64,000 nucleotides of DNA. Source: an uncultured Candidatus Saccharibacteria bacterium (lineage in GTDB: Bacteria; Patescibacteriota; Saccharimonadia; CAZBQI01). The stretch spans positions 67,126 through 131,125 of the forward strand of contig CAZBQI010000001.1 of assembly GCA_964494105.1 (NCBI GenBank), given 5' to 3'. Numbering within the stretch: the first letter of the stretch is position 1; the number at the start of each line of letters is the position of its first letter. Positions 18,840 through 27,461 of this stretch are shown here, in pieces. Both the position numbers and the translations under genes were made by a program. The notes under the pieces are model-generated. The model searched no databases. It saw only the letters and a program-made list of their open reading frames with translations, and had not been told where the DNA came from.

Positions 18840-19229
18840 ATGGATGCCAGGCTGAAAAGCACGATTCTTATTGTTGAAGACGAAATCCCTTTACAAAAAG
18901 TAGTTGGGTTTAAGCTCAAGAATGCCGGGTTTAATGTGATTTCTGCAAGGAAAGCCGAAGAGGCAATAAACTATATTAAGACTGCCGAATCAATTGACTT
19001 AGTTTGGCTAGACCATTACTTAATCGGTACGAAAACCGGATTAGATATTGTAAAAATAATCAAAAACAGCTCCGAGTTCAAACATATACCAATTTTTGTT
19101 GTAACCAATTCAGCTGACCTTAATAAGAAGCACGCATATATTAAATTTGGAATTGAAAAATATTTTATTAAATCAGACTTACGCCTAGATGAAGTAATAG
19201 ATGCTATTAAAGCCTCTCTAAAAGAATAG
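18840..19229 (+). CDS. stand-alone CheY-like receiver domain protein
   Basis: 129 aa with ILIVEDE ... LVWLDHYL and no output domain. Starts 10 nt after the kinase stop. Confidence 0.7.
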   Translation: MDARLKSTILIVEDEIPLQKVVGFKLKNAGFNVISARKAEEAINYIKTAESIDLVWLDHYLIGTKTGLDIVKIIKNSSEFKHIPIFVVTNSADLNKKHAYIKFGIEKYFIKSDLRLDEVIDAIKASLKE

Positions 19230-19286
19230 GCTACTGCAAAGTGATGCGTAGGTGTAGAATAGGCATAAGCACTAAACGAGCCAATA

Positions 19287-19682
19287 ATGGAACCTAATGA
19301 CAAAGGCAAAAAGAAAATACTAGTTGTTGAGGATGATAAATCTGTAAATGCAGCGATGAGTGCCGGCCTGACAAACAATGGCTATTTAGTTACAGCAAAA
19401 ATGAATGGCGCTGAGGGAATAGAAGCTACAAATACTAATGATTTTGATGTAATTATTCTCGACCTTACTATGCCAAAGATGGACGGGCTTGATGTGCTAA
19501 AAACACTTAAAGCCAATCCCAAAACGAAGCAAATACCAGTTATTATCGCGACTAATAACACGCAAACTGAGCTGGTTTATGAATGTATTGCCGCCGGCGC
19601 GCGCGATTACTTTATAAAGTCTGACATTACACTCATACAGCTATGCGCAGCTATCGACAAAGCTTTAGCTAGCATTGAATAA
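19287..19682 (+). CDS. stand-alone CheY-like receiver domain protein
   Basis: 131 aa with ILVVEDD ... VIILDLTMPKMDG ... K, and no output domain. Confidence 0.8.
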   Translation: MEPNDKGKKKILVVEDDKSVNAAMSAGLTNNGYLVTAKMNGAEGIEATNTNDFDVIILDLTMPKMDGLDVLKTLKANPKTKQIPVIIATNNTQTELVYECIAAGARDYFIKSDITLIQLCAAIDKALASIE

Positions 19683-19780
19683 ATAAGCTATTGCATCATT
19701 TAACGAAATCGCTTGGCGCTCAAAAGTTTATATTAATATGGTAATGCCTTGCGTATGCTATACCAGAAAGTGATAAAAAA

Positions 19781-20215
19781 ATGGACTTCGACACTGAAAT
19801 TGAGTTGAATAAACCCTTAGGAATTGTGTGGGCGTTTTTAATTGATCCTGCCAATATGCATCTTTGGCTAGGTGAGGTCGTTAGGTTTGAACAAAAGGGT
19901 GGCACTAAGGGATTAGCTGGCTTTCGTTGCCGTTATTTTTTTAGCAACGGCTATGTTGATCAACGAATTCAAACAAGTGATATGCACAAGAAATTAGTTA
20001 TGACACTCGAGAACGATAGTTTCAATACCAATATGAAAATGGTATTTAACGAACAAGGTGGCAAGACAAGTATTAAGATCATGAGTAATACGGAAATTGA
20101 TGTTCCGGGCGCGGCGTTTGCCGGAAATGCCATACGCTCGGCAATTGACACCAAGATGTCTACATATCTGAATCGGCTACAAATGGCAATTGAACAACAA
20201 AAAACTACCCCCTAG
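19781..20215 (+). CDS. SRPBCC (Bet v1-like / polyketide-cyclase-like) family protein
   Basis: 144 aa. The N-terminal pattern (LNKPLGIVWAFLIDPANMHLWL) is typical of SRPBCC ligand-binding proteins. Confidence 0.4.
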   Translation: MDFDTEIELNKPLGIVWAFLIDPANMHLWLGEVVRFEQKGGTKGLAGFRCRYFFSNGYVDQRIQTSDMHKKLVMTLENDSFNTNMKMVFNEQGGKTSIKIMSNTEIDVPGAAFAGNAIRSAIDTKMSTYLNRLQMAIEQQKTTP

Positions 20216-20235
20216 AAAGAGGGTAGTTTAGTTTT

Positions 20236-20254
20236 GTTAAGCCAAGGGCTTAAC
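20236..20254. terminator. 8-bp stem hairpin between convergent genes
   Basis: gttaagcc-aag-ggcttaac lies between the convergent SRPBCC gene and the minus-strand small ORF. There is no clear U-tract on either strand. Confidence 0.25.
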
Positions 20255-20481
20255 TAAACAGCTGCTGGTTGGTCGCCACTGCCGTCTTGGCCAGCGTCGT
20301 CAGCCGGTGCTGATGCATCGGCTGCTGGTGCAACACTAGAATCACCAACGTCTTCTACCGGAGCGTTCGCTACAGGAGCGTCACCGCTTACACCGGCGTC
20401 TGGTGCTGATTGATTTTGTGCTGGTAGTTGGCCAGCATCTTGTGCTTGATCTTGTGGGTTTTGGTTCTGATCTTCGTCCAC
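20254..20481 (-). CDS. small acidic low-complexity (D/A/Q/P-rich) protein
   Basis: 75 aa with a GTG start. A GGAGGT Shine-Dalgarno sits 5 nt upstream on the minus strand. Confidence 0.35.
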   Translation of the reverse strand: MDEDQNQNPQDQAQDAGQLPAQNQSAPDAGVSGDAPVANAPVEDVGDSSVAPAADASAPADDAGQDGSGDQPAAV

Positions 20482-20573
20482 GAAAGACCTCCTTTTTTAT
20501 ATATTACCTTTTTATGTTATCACATATGTAAGAAGCTTGTGCTAAGTTGCTTTTGCAGTGCTAAAATGAGCGA

Positions 20574-20954
20574 GTGACTGATGACGAATATAAAGAGAAA
20601 TTAACACCAGAGCAATATCGGGTTTTGCGAAAAAAAGGCACAGAATTGCCGTTTACGGGAAAGCTATTAAATAATAAAGAATCCGGCATATATACTTGCG
20701 CTGCCTGTGGACACGAGCTATTTAGTAGTGACACCAAGTTTGAAAGTGGCAGTGGATGGCCTAGTTTTACCGACCCGGCCAACCGCGAACACGTAAAACT
20801 AAAAGTGGACAAGAGCTTAGGGATGGTACGAACAGAAGTTTTGTGTGCAAATTGTGGCTCGCACCTTGGGCATGTATTCGATGATGGTCCTGGTAAGAGT
20901 GGCCAAAGGTATTGCATTAATTCTGTGTGTTTAGATTTTAGGCCAAAGAGCTAA
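20574..20954 (+). CDS. msrB: peptide-methionine (R)-S-oxide reductase MsrB
   Basis: Two CxxC zinc motifs ([25 protein letters not shown]) and the RxE catalytic region. GTG start. Confidence 0.85.
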   Translation: MTDDEYKEKLTPEQYRVLRKKGTELPFTGKLLNNKESGIYTCAACGHELFSSDTKFESGSGWPSFTDPANREHVKLKVDKSLGMVRTEVLCANCGSHLGHVFDDGPGKSGQRYCINSVCLDFRPKS

Positions 20955-21030
20955 CTAAGAAGTTACTTTTATAGATAGTAAAATTAGAATTACTTGGCGA
21001 AGCTGAAAGAACAGTTGTACAATAAAGTTA

Positions 21031-21972
21031 ATGAAATCAGGTGAGCTAATACTGTTAAGCGGTAACGCCAATCGCCCCTTAGCAGAAAAGATTGCGGCGT
21101 ATCTCAAGATGCCCTTGAGCAAAGCTGATATTGGTGCGTTTAGTGATGGCGAAACCCACGTGAAGATTCTTGACGATGTGCGAGGTCGTGAAGTTTTTAT
21201 CATTCAGCCAACATCACCACCGACCAATCAGAACCTAATGGAACTTCTAGTGATGATCGACGCAATTAAGCGTGCCTCGGCCGGGCGGATTTCGGCTGTT
21301 GTGCCGTACTTTGGCTACGCCCGCCAAGACCGCAAAGACCAGCCAAGGGTGCCCATAACGGCGAAACTTGTGGCAAATTTGTTAACGGCAGCACGGGTAG
21401 ACAGAGTAGTGACGCTTGATCTACATGCTCACCAAATTCAGGGTTTTTTTGATATTCCCCTCGATCACATTTACGCGATCAATGTATTCGTTGATTATTT
21501 CGAAAGCAAGAAACTAAAAGACTTAGTAATTGTTAGTCCGGACGTTGGAGGAATAAAGATGGCTCGAGGTTACGCAACCCGATTGGGTGTTGATATGGCT
21601 GTGGTAGATAAACGGCGCTTAAGCGATAGCGAAACCGAAGTCATGAATATCTTGGGCGACGTAAAGGGCAAGAACGCCATTATTGTAGATGATATTGTCG
21701 CAACGGCGGGTTCTTTGTGCGAAGCAGCCAGTGCTATCAAGAAAGCCGGTGCTTTGAAGGTTTTTTCGGCAATTACTCACCCGATTCTATCCGGTCCGGC
21801 CATCGAAAGGATTGATAAATCTGACATTGAAGAACTGTGCGTAACAGATTCAATTCAGCTTACAGATGACAAGAAGAATAAAAAAATAACTGTGGTAAGC
21901 GTTGGCGACTTAATGGGTGAAGCCATTCGTCGGATTCACCACGCTGAATCTGTAAGTAGTTTATTTAGGTAA
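21031..21972 (+). CDS. prs: ribose-phosphate pyrophosphokinase (PRPP synthetase)
   Basis: 313 aa with the PRPP-binding loop and the characteristic motifs VVPYFGYARQDRK and DLHAHQIQGFF. Confidence 0.9.
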   Translation: MKSGELILLSGNANRPLAEKIAAYLKMPLSKADIGAFSDGETHVKILDDVRGREVFIIQPTSPPTNQNLMELLVMIDAIKRASAGRISAVVPYFGYARQDRKDQPRVPITAKLVANLLTAARVDRVVTLDLHAHQIQGFFDIPLDHIYAINVFVDYFESKKLKDLVIVSPDVGGIKMARGYATRLGVDMAVVDKRRLSDSETEVMNILGDVKGKNAIIVDDIVATAGSLCEAASAIKKAGALKVFSAITHPILSGPAIERIDKSDIEELCVTDSIQLTDDKKNKKITVVSVGDLMGEAIRRIHHAESVSSLFR

Positions 21973-21986
21973 AAAAAGAGGAAACC

Positions 21987-22703
21987 ATGGCATTTAAACG
22001 AGTACTAATTAAACTTTCAGGCGAAATGCTAATGGGTGAGCGCGAACATGGTATCGACCCCCATTTCATTAATAAACTTGCTCAAGAGTTCAAGCAAATA
22101 GTTGATAGAACAGGGGTTGAAATTGCAATTATGGTTGGCGGTGGCAACTTTATCCGAGGAGCAGCCGTAGCAGGTAACGGGATTGATCGAGTTACGGCTG
22201 ATTACATGGGGATGCTAGCGACAGTATTAAACGGTATGGCACTGGTGGACATTCTCGAGAAGAACAATCAGCCCGCCAGACTTTTGACCAGACTCCATGT
22301 AGCAAGTGTGGCCGAGCCTTACATTCGACGTCGCGGTATTCGACACCTGGAAAAGGGCCGAGTTGTTGTAATTGCGGGTGGATCTGGAAATCCGTTCATC
22401 ACTACTGACACACCGGCTGTTACTACTGCGTTAGAATTAAATTGTGACGTTGTAATGAAGGCGACTAAGGTTGATGGCGTATACAATAAAGACCCAATCA
22501 AGCACGCTAATGCAAAACGGATCGAAAAGCTTACCTATCAAGAAGTACTCAAGAATCCCGATATTGCGGTTATGGATCAATCGGCAATATCATTAGCTGA
22601 GGAAAACGGTCTGCCAATTGTGGTTTTTGATTTGCTTGGCAAGAATAACATGCAGCAATTAATTGAAGGTGAATCAATAGGATCAATCATTAGTGAAGGC
22701 TAA
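21987..22703 (+). CDS. pyrH: UMP kinase
   Basis: KRVLIKLSGE and GGGNFIRG motifs. AAGAGGA SD. Confidence 0.9.
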   Translation: MAFKRVLIKLSGEMLMGEREHGIDPHFINKLAQEFKQIVDRTGVEIAIMVGGGNFIRGAAVAGNGIDRVTADYMGMLATVLNGMALVDILEKNNQPARLLTRLHVASVAEPYIRRRGIRHLEKGRVVVIAGGSGNPFITTDTPAVTTALELNCDVVMKATKVDGVYNKDPIKHANAKRIEKLTYQEVLKNPDIAVMDQSAISLAEENGLPIVVFDLLGKNNMQQLIEGESIGSIISEG

Positions 22704-22712
22704 AGCCTAGTA

Positions 22713-22742
22713 AAATATACGTACTGGGGGTATATTTGCTTT
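22713..22742 (+). terminator. hairpin downstream of pyrH
   Basis: aaatatac-(9 nt)-gtatattt followed by gcttt. The U-tract is weak. Confidence 0.3.
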
Positions 22743-22753
22743 AAGAGGAGCCG

Positions 22754-23191
22754 ATGCCTGCGATAACTAAACGTCATATTATGAAAGTGGCGAAAATATC
22801 AATCCTGGTCTTGTTTGTTATGGCTATCGCAGTGGCAACCTATTACGCTTACGCGACCGTTATGCTTTCGAATCGTGTCAAAATTCACGTTGTTTCATCA
22901 TCCGGTAAGCCGATAACGAATCGCAATGTTGTATTTCGGTCAACCGAGTGCCGGCCAAGTCCCTGTAGTGGCAAAGTGCTAGCCGAGGTGAAAACTAGCT
23001 TGTTTGGTAATGCCACCTTAACAACCAAGGAGCTCCCAGATTCGTTTATAGTTGAGGCAGATGGCTACAAGCCAAGCGAAGAGTATTTACGTTTACCCGG
23101 CTCGCTGCAGTTCAGTCGTCAAAATGACTCTGATTTTTACTCAGTAGATATTAGCCAAGGAGATCTACATATAGTCCTAAAAGATAATTAG
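22754..23191 (+). CDS. hypothetical N-terminally anchored protein
   Basis: 145-aa ORF with an AGGAG SD and one TM helix. Confidence 0.35.
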   Translation: MPAITKRHIMKVAKISILVLFVMAIAVATYYAYATVMLSNRVKIHVVSSSGKPITNRNVVFRSTECRPSPCSGKVLAEVKTSLFGNATLTTKELPDSFIVEADGYKPSEEYLRLPGSLQFSRQNDSDFYSVDISQGDLHIVLKDN

Positions 23192-23376
23192 AAATTCTTG
23201 TTTCGATAGAACAAATACCATCCGGACATTCCGCCCGCAATTAGTGACAACAGCAGGGCGATTCCGCCGGGAAAAAGGATAATTGGCGAGATTAAAAAAA
23301 TTAATGTACGAACCAAAATAAACACTAAGATTGCGGTTATTGTAAATTGGAACTCAGTGTTGTTTAGAAGGTTCAT
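23188..23376 (-). CDS. hypothetical small membrane protein
   Basis: 62-aa ORF with 2 TM helices, immediately downstream of 23379-23903 on the same strand. Confidence 0.3.
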   Translation of the reverse strand: MNLLNNTEFQFTITAILVFILVRTLIFLISPIILFPGGIALLLSLIAGGMSGWYLFYRNKNF

Positions 23377-23378
23377 TT

Positions 23379-23903
23379 CTATCTGTCAGTTGAATCTATT
23401 TGATTTAGTTGGTCAAGGTTGCGTTGATTATTATCATACACAGTTTCTAAAATTTTCTTTAGTGATGTGCTTTTCGATTCGTTAAATAGGTTTTGGATGT
23501 TGTTTCGATTCGCTTCTAGTTCTTGTTTAAGGCTTTTCTTATACTGTTCGTCGAAATCCACGCCGTTTTCTTTGGCGCTCAAAGCCACTGTCGGGTCGGC
23601 AGCTATCTGCTCTTTAGAGAGTTTCTTTAGTTTTATGGGCTTTCCGAAGCGTTTCGTATTATAGGCATTTATTTGAGTAGAATTACTGGTGGTAGTAATG
23701 GCGGTGTTAGTAGCGACCACTTTTATTTCGTAGCTACTTGCGCGTTTCTGAGCAAGCTCGGACAAAGCGATAATCCGGTTGTTTGTGCGATAGATAGTCT
23801 GCAAGCCTGGGCCGGTAACATTATCGCTGGTTGCGTTTATCACTACTAGCGAGAATATAATTAAGATCGCACCGATGAAAGCAAAAATTAAGATTTTCCT
23901 CAT
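23379..23903 (-). CDS. hypothetical N-terminally anchored secreted protein
   Basis: Start trimmed to MRKILIFAFIGAILIIF (signal-anchor). The remainder is polar and coiled-coil-prone. Confidence 0.4.
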   Translation of the reverse strand: MRKILIFAFIGAILIIFSLVVINATSDNVTGPGLQTIYRTNNRIIALSELAQKRASSYEIKVVATNTAITTTSNSTQINAYNTKRFGKPIKLKKLSKEQIAADPTVALSAKENGVDFDEQYKKSLKQELEANRNNIQNLFNESKSTSLKKILETVYDNNQRNLDQLNQIDSTDR

Positions 23904-23982
23904 ATACCTATTTAAGCATAAGAGAGTAGCTTGTGCTAAACATATTGCAAGATAATGCAAAATATGCTATAAAATTGATGTT

Positions 23983-24330
23983 ATGCCAGAAATTACTGAG
24001 CAACTTAGTTTTCCTGAGCAAGGTAGTACACCCTATGAGGATGTTTATTATGAGCAACTATCCTTTAGTGGAATAGATGGCGGTGAGAGCGGTGTATCGG
24101 GTGCAACAATTAATACGTCTGCCGACTATCAAGAAGAAGATCCTGAAACAGCCGAATCTATTTACTTGAGATATTCATTCGCTCATGGAGTGACAAACGT
24201 GCAGCCATCATTACCACTAGTTGAGCAACTGCCACCTCCTCAACCATCGGCCTTACCTGATGCTGTTCGATTGGGCCACGAGAGACACCTAGAGGAAATT
24301 AGAAGTCAGCATTTTCCACATGCTAGTTAA
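23983..24330 (+). CDS. hypothetical acidic protein
   Basis: 115-aa ORF divergent from 23903. No recognisable motif. Confidence 0.3.
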   Translation: MPEITEQLSFPEQGSTPYEDVYYEQLSFSGIDGGESGVSGATINTSADYQEEDPETAESIYLRYSFAHGVTNVQPSLPLVEQLPPPQPSALPDAVRLGHERHLEEIRSQHFPHAS

Positions 24331-24372
24331 GCGAGATTAAAGAGCTCTGGGCACCTCTGTTACAATTAGTGC

Positions 24373-26106
24373 ATGGATGCTGTTGAGGAAATCAAGTCAC
24401 GCTTGAGTGTAGACGAAGTAGTTGGTAGCTATATACAGCTAAAACCTGCCGGGGCAAATTTGCGTGGGTTGTGTCCTTTTCATAACGAAAAAACGCCTAG
24501 TTTTATGGTTAGCCCCGAAAAAGGTATATGGCATTGCTTTGGCTGTGGCGAAGGCGGTGATATGTTTACTTTTGTCGAGAAAATGGAAGGCCTAGACTTT
24601 AAGGCTGTACTAGAAAAGCTAGCGATTAAAGCCGGGGTAACTATAGAGGCTTCGACTCCGATGGCAGCCAAGCACGCTAAGCAAAAAGAGCGCTTAATGA
24701 TGGCGCTAGAACTAGCTACAAAATACTTTCAGCGAGGATTGGTAAAAAGTAAAACAGCCCAAAACTACATTATTCGTATTCGCGGGTTTAATAAGTCTAC
24801 TGTAGAGACATTTCGACTAGGCTATAGTCCGGATTCTCAGTCCGGCCTGAGCACGCAGTTAATAAAGAACGGCTTTAGTGAAAGTGAACTTATTCAAGCG
24901 GGCTTAGCGCGCAAGCGGGGCAATGGATTGCAAGATATTTTTCGGGGGCGAATGATGGTGCCTTTTATGGACGCACAAGCTCGCACCATTGGCTTTACCG
25001 GTAGGCACATCGCTGACGATGCATTCGGGCCCAAATACCTAAATACGCCGGCTACGGCACTGTTCGATAAGAGTCGGTTTATCTTCGGATTGTCGGTTGC
25101 TCGCGAATACATTCGCGATAAGGATGAAGTAGTGGTAAGCGAAGGCAACCTGGATGTACTTACTTCATTTCAGGCGGGTATAAAAAACGTTGTGGCCAGT
25201 AGCGGAACGGCTCTGACTATTGCCCAGTTAAAAACGCTTTCTCGCATTACAAAAAATGTAAAACTGGCTTTCGACCAAGACAAGGCTGGTTTATCGGCTA
25301 CCGAACGAGCTATTCCGTTGGCCCAAGATGCCGGCGTCACGTTGTCGATTGTAGATCTAAGTGGGGCGAAAGATCCCGATGAACTTATTCATCAAAGCCC
25401 AAGAATTTGGGAAAAAGCTATCGCCGAGGCACCCTATATTATGGATTGGTTGCTAGATAATTTAGCGAGCAAGTATTCCATCACGACGGCTACCGGGAAA
25501 AAACAAGTCAGCGACTCCGCTACAGCCGCGATTGCGAAGTTAACAGATAGCGTAGAACAAGATCACTATGTCAAAAAACTAGCTAAGTTGTTGCAGGTTT
25601 CATCGGATTCAATCTGGCAAAAGCTAGAAAAACTATTGCCAATTTCAACGTCTCAAAATAAAAAAGCAAAGTTATCGACAAAGCCAAAGGTGCGCCCGGA
25701 AAGCCAAACGGTTGAAGAGGCATTGCTGGCGATTAATTTGATGTTTCCGGATAGTCGAACTAGTCTAGACGAGCTGACCGCCGAACATTTTAGCTCCCAA
25801 GAGCGCCAGACAATTTTCGAGGCACTGCGTGAACTAGGATCACAAACCATAGAAAATGACATGCCTAAGTCTTTGCGAGCTTACGACAACTATGTTAAAA
25901 TACTACTGTTACGTGCCGAAGAAGAATATCGTGATTGGGCAGCTCTAGATCGTCGTATTGAGGCATTTAGTTTAAGCCAACGACTCGGCGTGCTATATAT
26001 CAAACACCTTAAACAAAAAATAACCAATGAAATTCACAAGGCTGAAGGTCAAGGTGATAGCAGTCGTCGCGACAAATTACTACAGCAATTTCGCGACTTG
26101 AATTAA
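24373..26106 (+). CDS. dnaG: DNA primase
   Basis: CHC2 zinc finger (CPFHNEKTPSF...HCFGCGEGGD) and a TOPRIM region (EGNLDVLT). Confidence 0.9.
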   Translation: MDAVEEIKSRLSVDEVVGSYIQLKPAGANLRGLCPFHNEKTPSFMVSPEKGIWHCFGCGEGGDMFTFVEKMEGLDFKAVLEKLAIKAGVTIEASTPMAAKHAKQKERLMMALELATKYFQRGLVKSKTAQNYIIRIRGFNKSTVETFRLGYSPDSQSGLSTQLIKNGFSESELIQAGLARKRGNGLQDIFRGRMMVPFMDAQARTIGFTGRHIADDAFGPKYLNTPATALFDKSRFIFGLSVAREYIRDKDEVVVSEGNLDVLTSFQAGIKNVVASSGTALTIAQLKTLSRITKNVKLAFDQDKAGLSATERAIPLAQDAGVTLSIVDLSGAKDPDELIHQSPRIWEKAIAEAPYIMDWLLDNLASKYSITTATGKKQVSDSATAAIAKLTDSVEQDHYVKKLAKLLQVSSDSIWQKLEKLLPISTSQNKKAKLSTKPKVRPESQTVEEALLAINLMFPDSRTSLDELTAEHFSSQERQTIFEALRELGSQTIENDMPKSLRAYDNYVKILLLRAEEEYRDWAALDRRIEAFSLSQRLGVLYIKHLKQKITNEIHKAEGQGDSSRRDKLLQQFRDLN

Positions 26107-26131
26107 GATATAGAATAAATCGGAGAAACCA

Positions 26132-27247
26132 GTGCCAAGGAAACCAGCAGCTAAAACAGCTAAAGCAGAAGACAAAGAAGACCTAACCCCCGAAGGTATT
26201 GCCGAAACATTACTAAAGAAAGGCGTAGCCCAGGGCTTTATTGACTACACCGAAATCGCCAAAGCTTTGCCTGATGACGAAGAAAACTTAGAAGCACTCG
26301 ATTCCTTACATGGAAATTTGCTTGAAAAGAATGTGGAAATTATCAATCAAAAGGGCGGCCCATGGGAAGATGATGACGAGGACGAACCCGAAGAAGACGA
26401 CAAATACTTAGATGATATTGCCGATGACTCCGTGCGATTATATTTGCGTGAAATTGGTAAAATTCCCCTGCTAAATGCCGAGGAAGAAATAAAGCTTGCG
26501 AATAAAGTTAAGCGTGGTGACAAGCGCGCCAAAGACGCCATGGCCGAAGCTAACATGCGGCTCGTTGTATCGATTGCCAAGCGCTACGTTGGTCGCGGGC
26601 TGGATCTTTTAGACCTTATTCAAGAGGGCAACACTGGGCTCTTGCGAGCTGTAGAAAAGTTCGACCCTACCAAGGGCTTTAAATTTAGTACCTATGCTAC
26701 CTGGTGGATTCGCCAGGCTATTACCCGTGCCATTGCCGACCAGGCACGCACCATTCGTATCCCAGTGCACATGGTAGAGACTATAAACAAACTACTCCGG
26801 AACCAACGGCGCATGACCCAAGAACTTGGTCGTGAACCAACCAACGAAGAGCTAGCCAAAGAAATGGAAATGGAGGTCGAAAAAGTCGACCACATTATGA
26901 AGATCAAACAAGATATTAGCTCACTCGATGCGCCAGTACGCGATGACGAAGAAGATTCCAAGCTTGGAGACTTTATCGAAGACGAAGACAGTGACAGCCC
27001 TGAGGAGTCGGCTACGCAACAGCTTCTAAAAGAGCACGTAAATGAAATGCTCGATATTCTAACGCCACGCGAACAAAAAATTTTGCGCATGCGTTTTGGC
27101 TTAGATGATGGCCGTACGCACACCTTGGAAGAAGTTGGCCAAGAATTTGGTGTTACCCGTGAACGCATCCGGCAAATTGAGGCTAAAGCTCTGACGAAAC
27201 TACGCAAAAACCGCGACTCTAAGGCTCTCCGCGACTATTTGAAGTAG
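26132..27247 (+). CDS. rpoD: RNA polymerase sigma-70 factor
   Basis: Acidic region 1. Region 2.4 ([27 protein letters not shown]). Region 4 ([22 protein letters not shown]). Confidence 0.9.
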   Translation: MPRKPAAKTAKAEDKEDLTPEGIAETLLKKGVAQGFIDYTEIAKALPDDEENLEALDSLHGNLLEKNVEIINQKGGPWEDDDEDEPEEDDKYLDDIADDSVRLYLREIGKIPLLNAEEEIKLANKVKRGDKRAKDAMAEANMRLVVSIAKRYVGRGLDLLDLIQEGNTGLLRAVEKFDPTKGFKFSTYATWWIRQAITRAIADQARTIRIPVHMVETINKLLRNQRRMTQELGREPTNEELAKEMEMEVEKVDHIMKIKQDISSLDAPVRDDEEDSKLGDFIEDEDSDSPEESATQQLLKEHVNEMLDILTPREQKILRMRFGLDDGRTHTLEEVGQEFGVTRERIRQIEAKALTKLRKNRDSKALRDYLK

Positions 27248-27276
27248 TTGACAAAGCATAAACATTACCGTATAGT
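27248..27276 (+). promoter_or_regulatory. near-consensus sigma70 promoter TTGACA-17-TATAGT
   Basis: TTGACA at 27248-27253, a 17-nt spacer, and TATAGT at 27271-27276, immediately after the rpoD stop. Confidence 0.5.
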
Positions 27277-27316
27277 AAATCCTTATGTGTAATTCACACT
27301 CAGCAGTTTCAGACAC

Positions 27317-27432
27317 AAACCGCCACAGCAACGACTTTGGTTTCTATTTTTATGCTTTTACAAAGGGGCGGTTTAGTCGTTAAATAGATTTATTTTTAAT
27401 ACACACTAACCGCCCCCGAAGGGCGGTTTTCT
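27317..27432 (+). promoter_or_regulatory. leader with mutually exclusive hairpins (attenuator or riboswitch-like expression platform)
   Basis: ggggcggttt (27365-27374) can pair with aaaccgcc (27317-27324). Alternatively it can pair with aaccgcccc (27408-27416), which is the 5' half of the terminator hairpin. Confidence 0.35.
27408..27432 (+). terminator. rho-independent terminator
   Basis: Stem aaccgccc, loop ccgaa, stem gggcggtt, then a ttttct tract. Confidence 0.6.
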
Positions 27433-27461
27433 AATGCAAAATTTTTATAAAGGAGATAACA

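Noticed and set aside
18215-18919. 234-aa minus-strand ORF overlapping the kinase 3' half and the receiver start.
   Set aside because: It is antisense to conserved HATPase motifs and has no start context.
26692-27207. 171-aa minus-strand ORF within rpoD (Ser/Arg-rich).
   Set aside because: It is antisense to the highly conserved sigma-70 coding sequence and has low-complexity composition.
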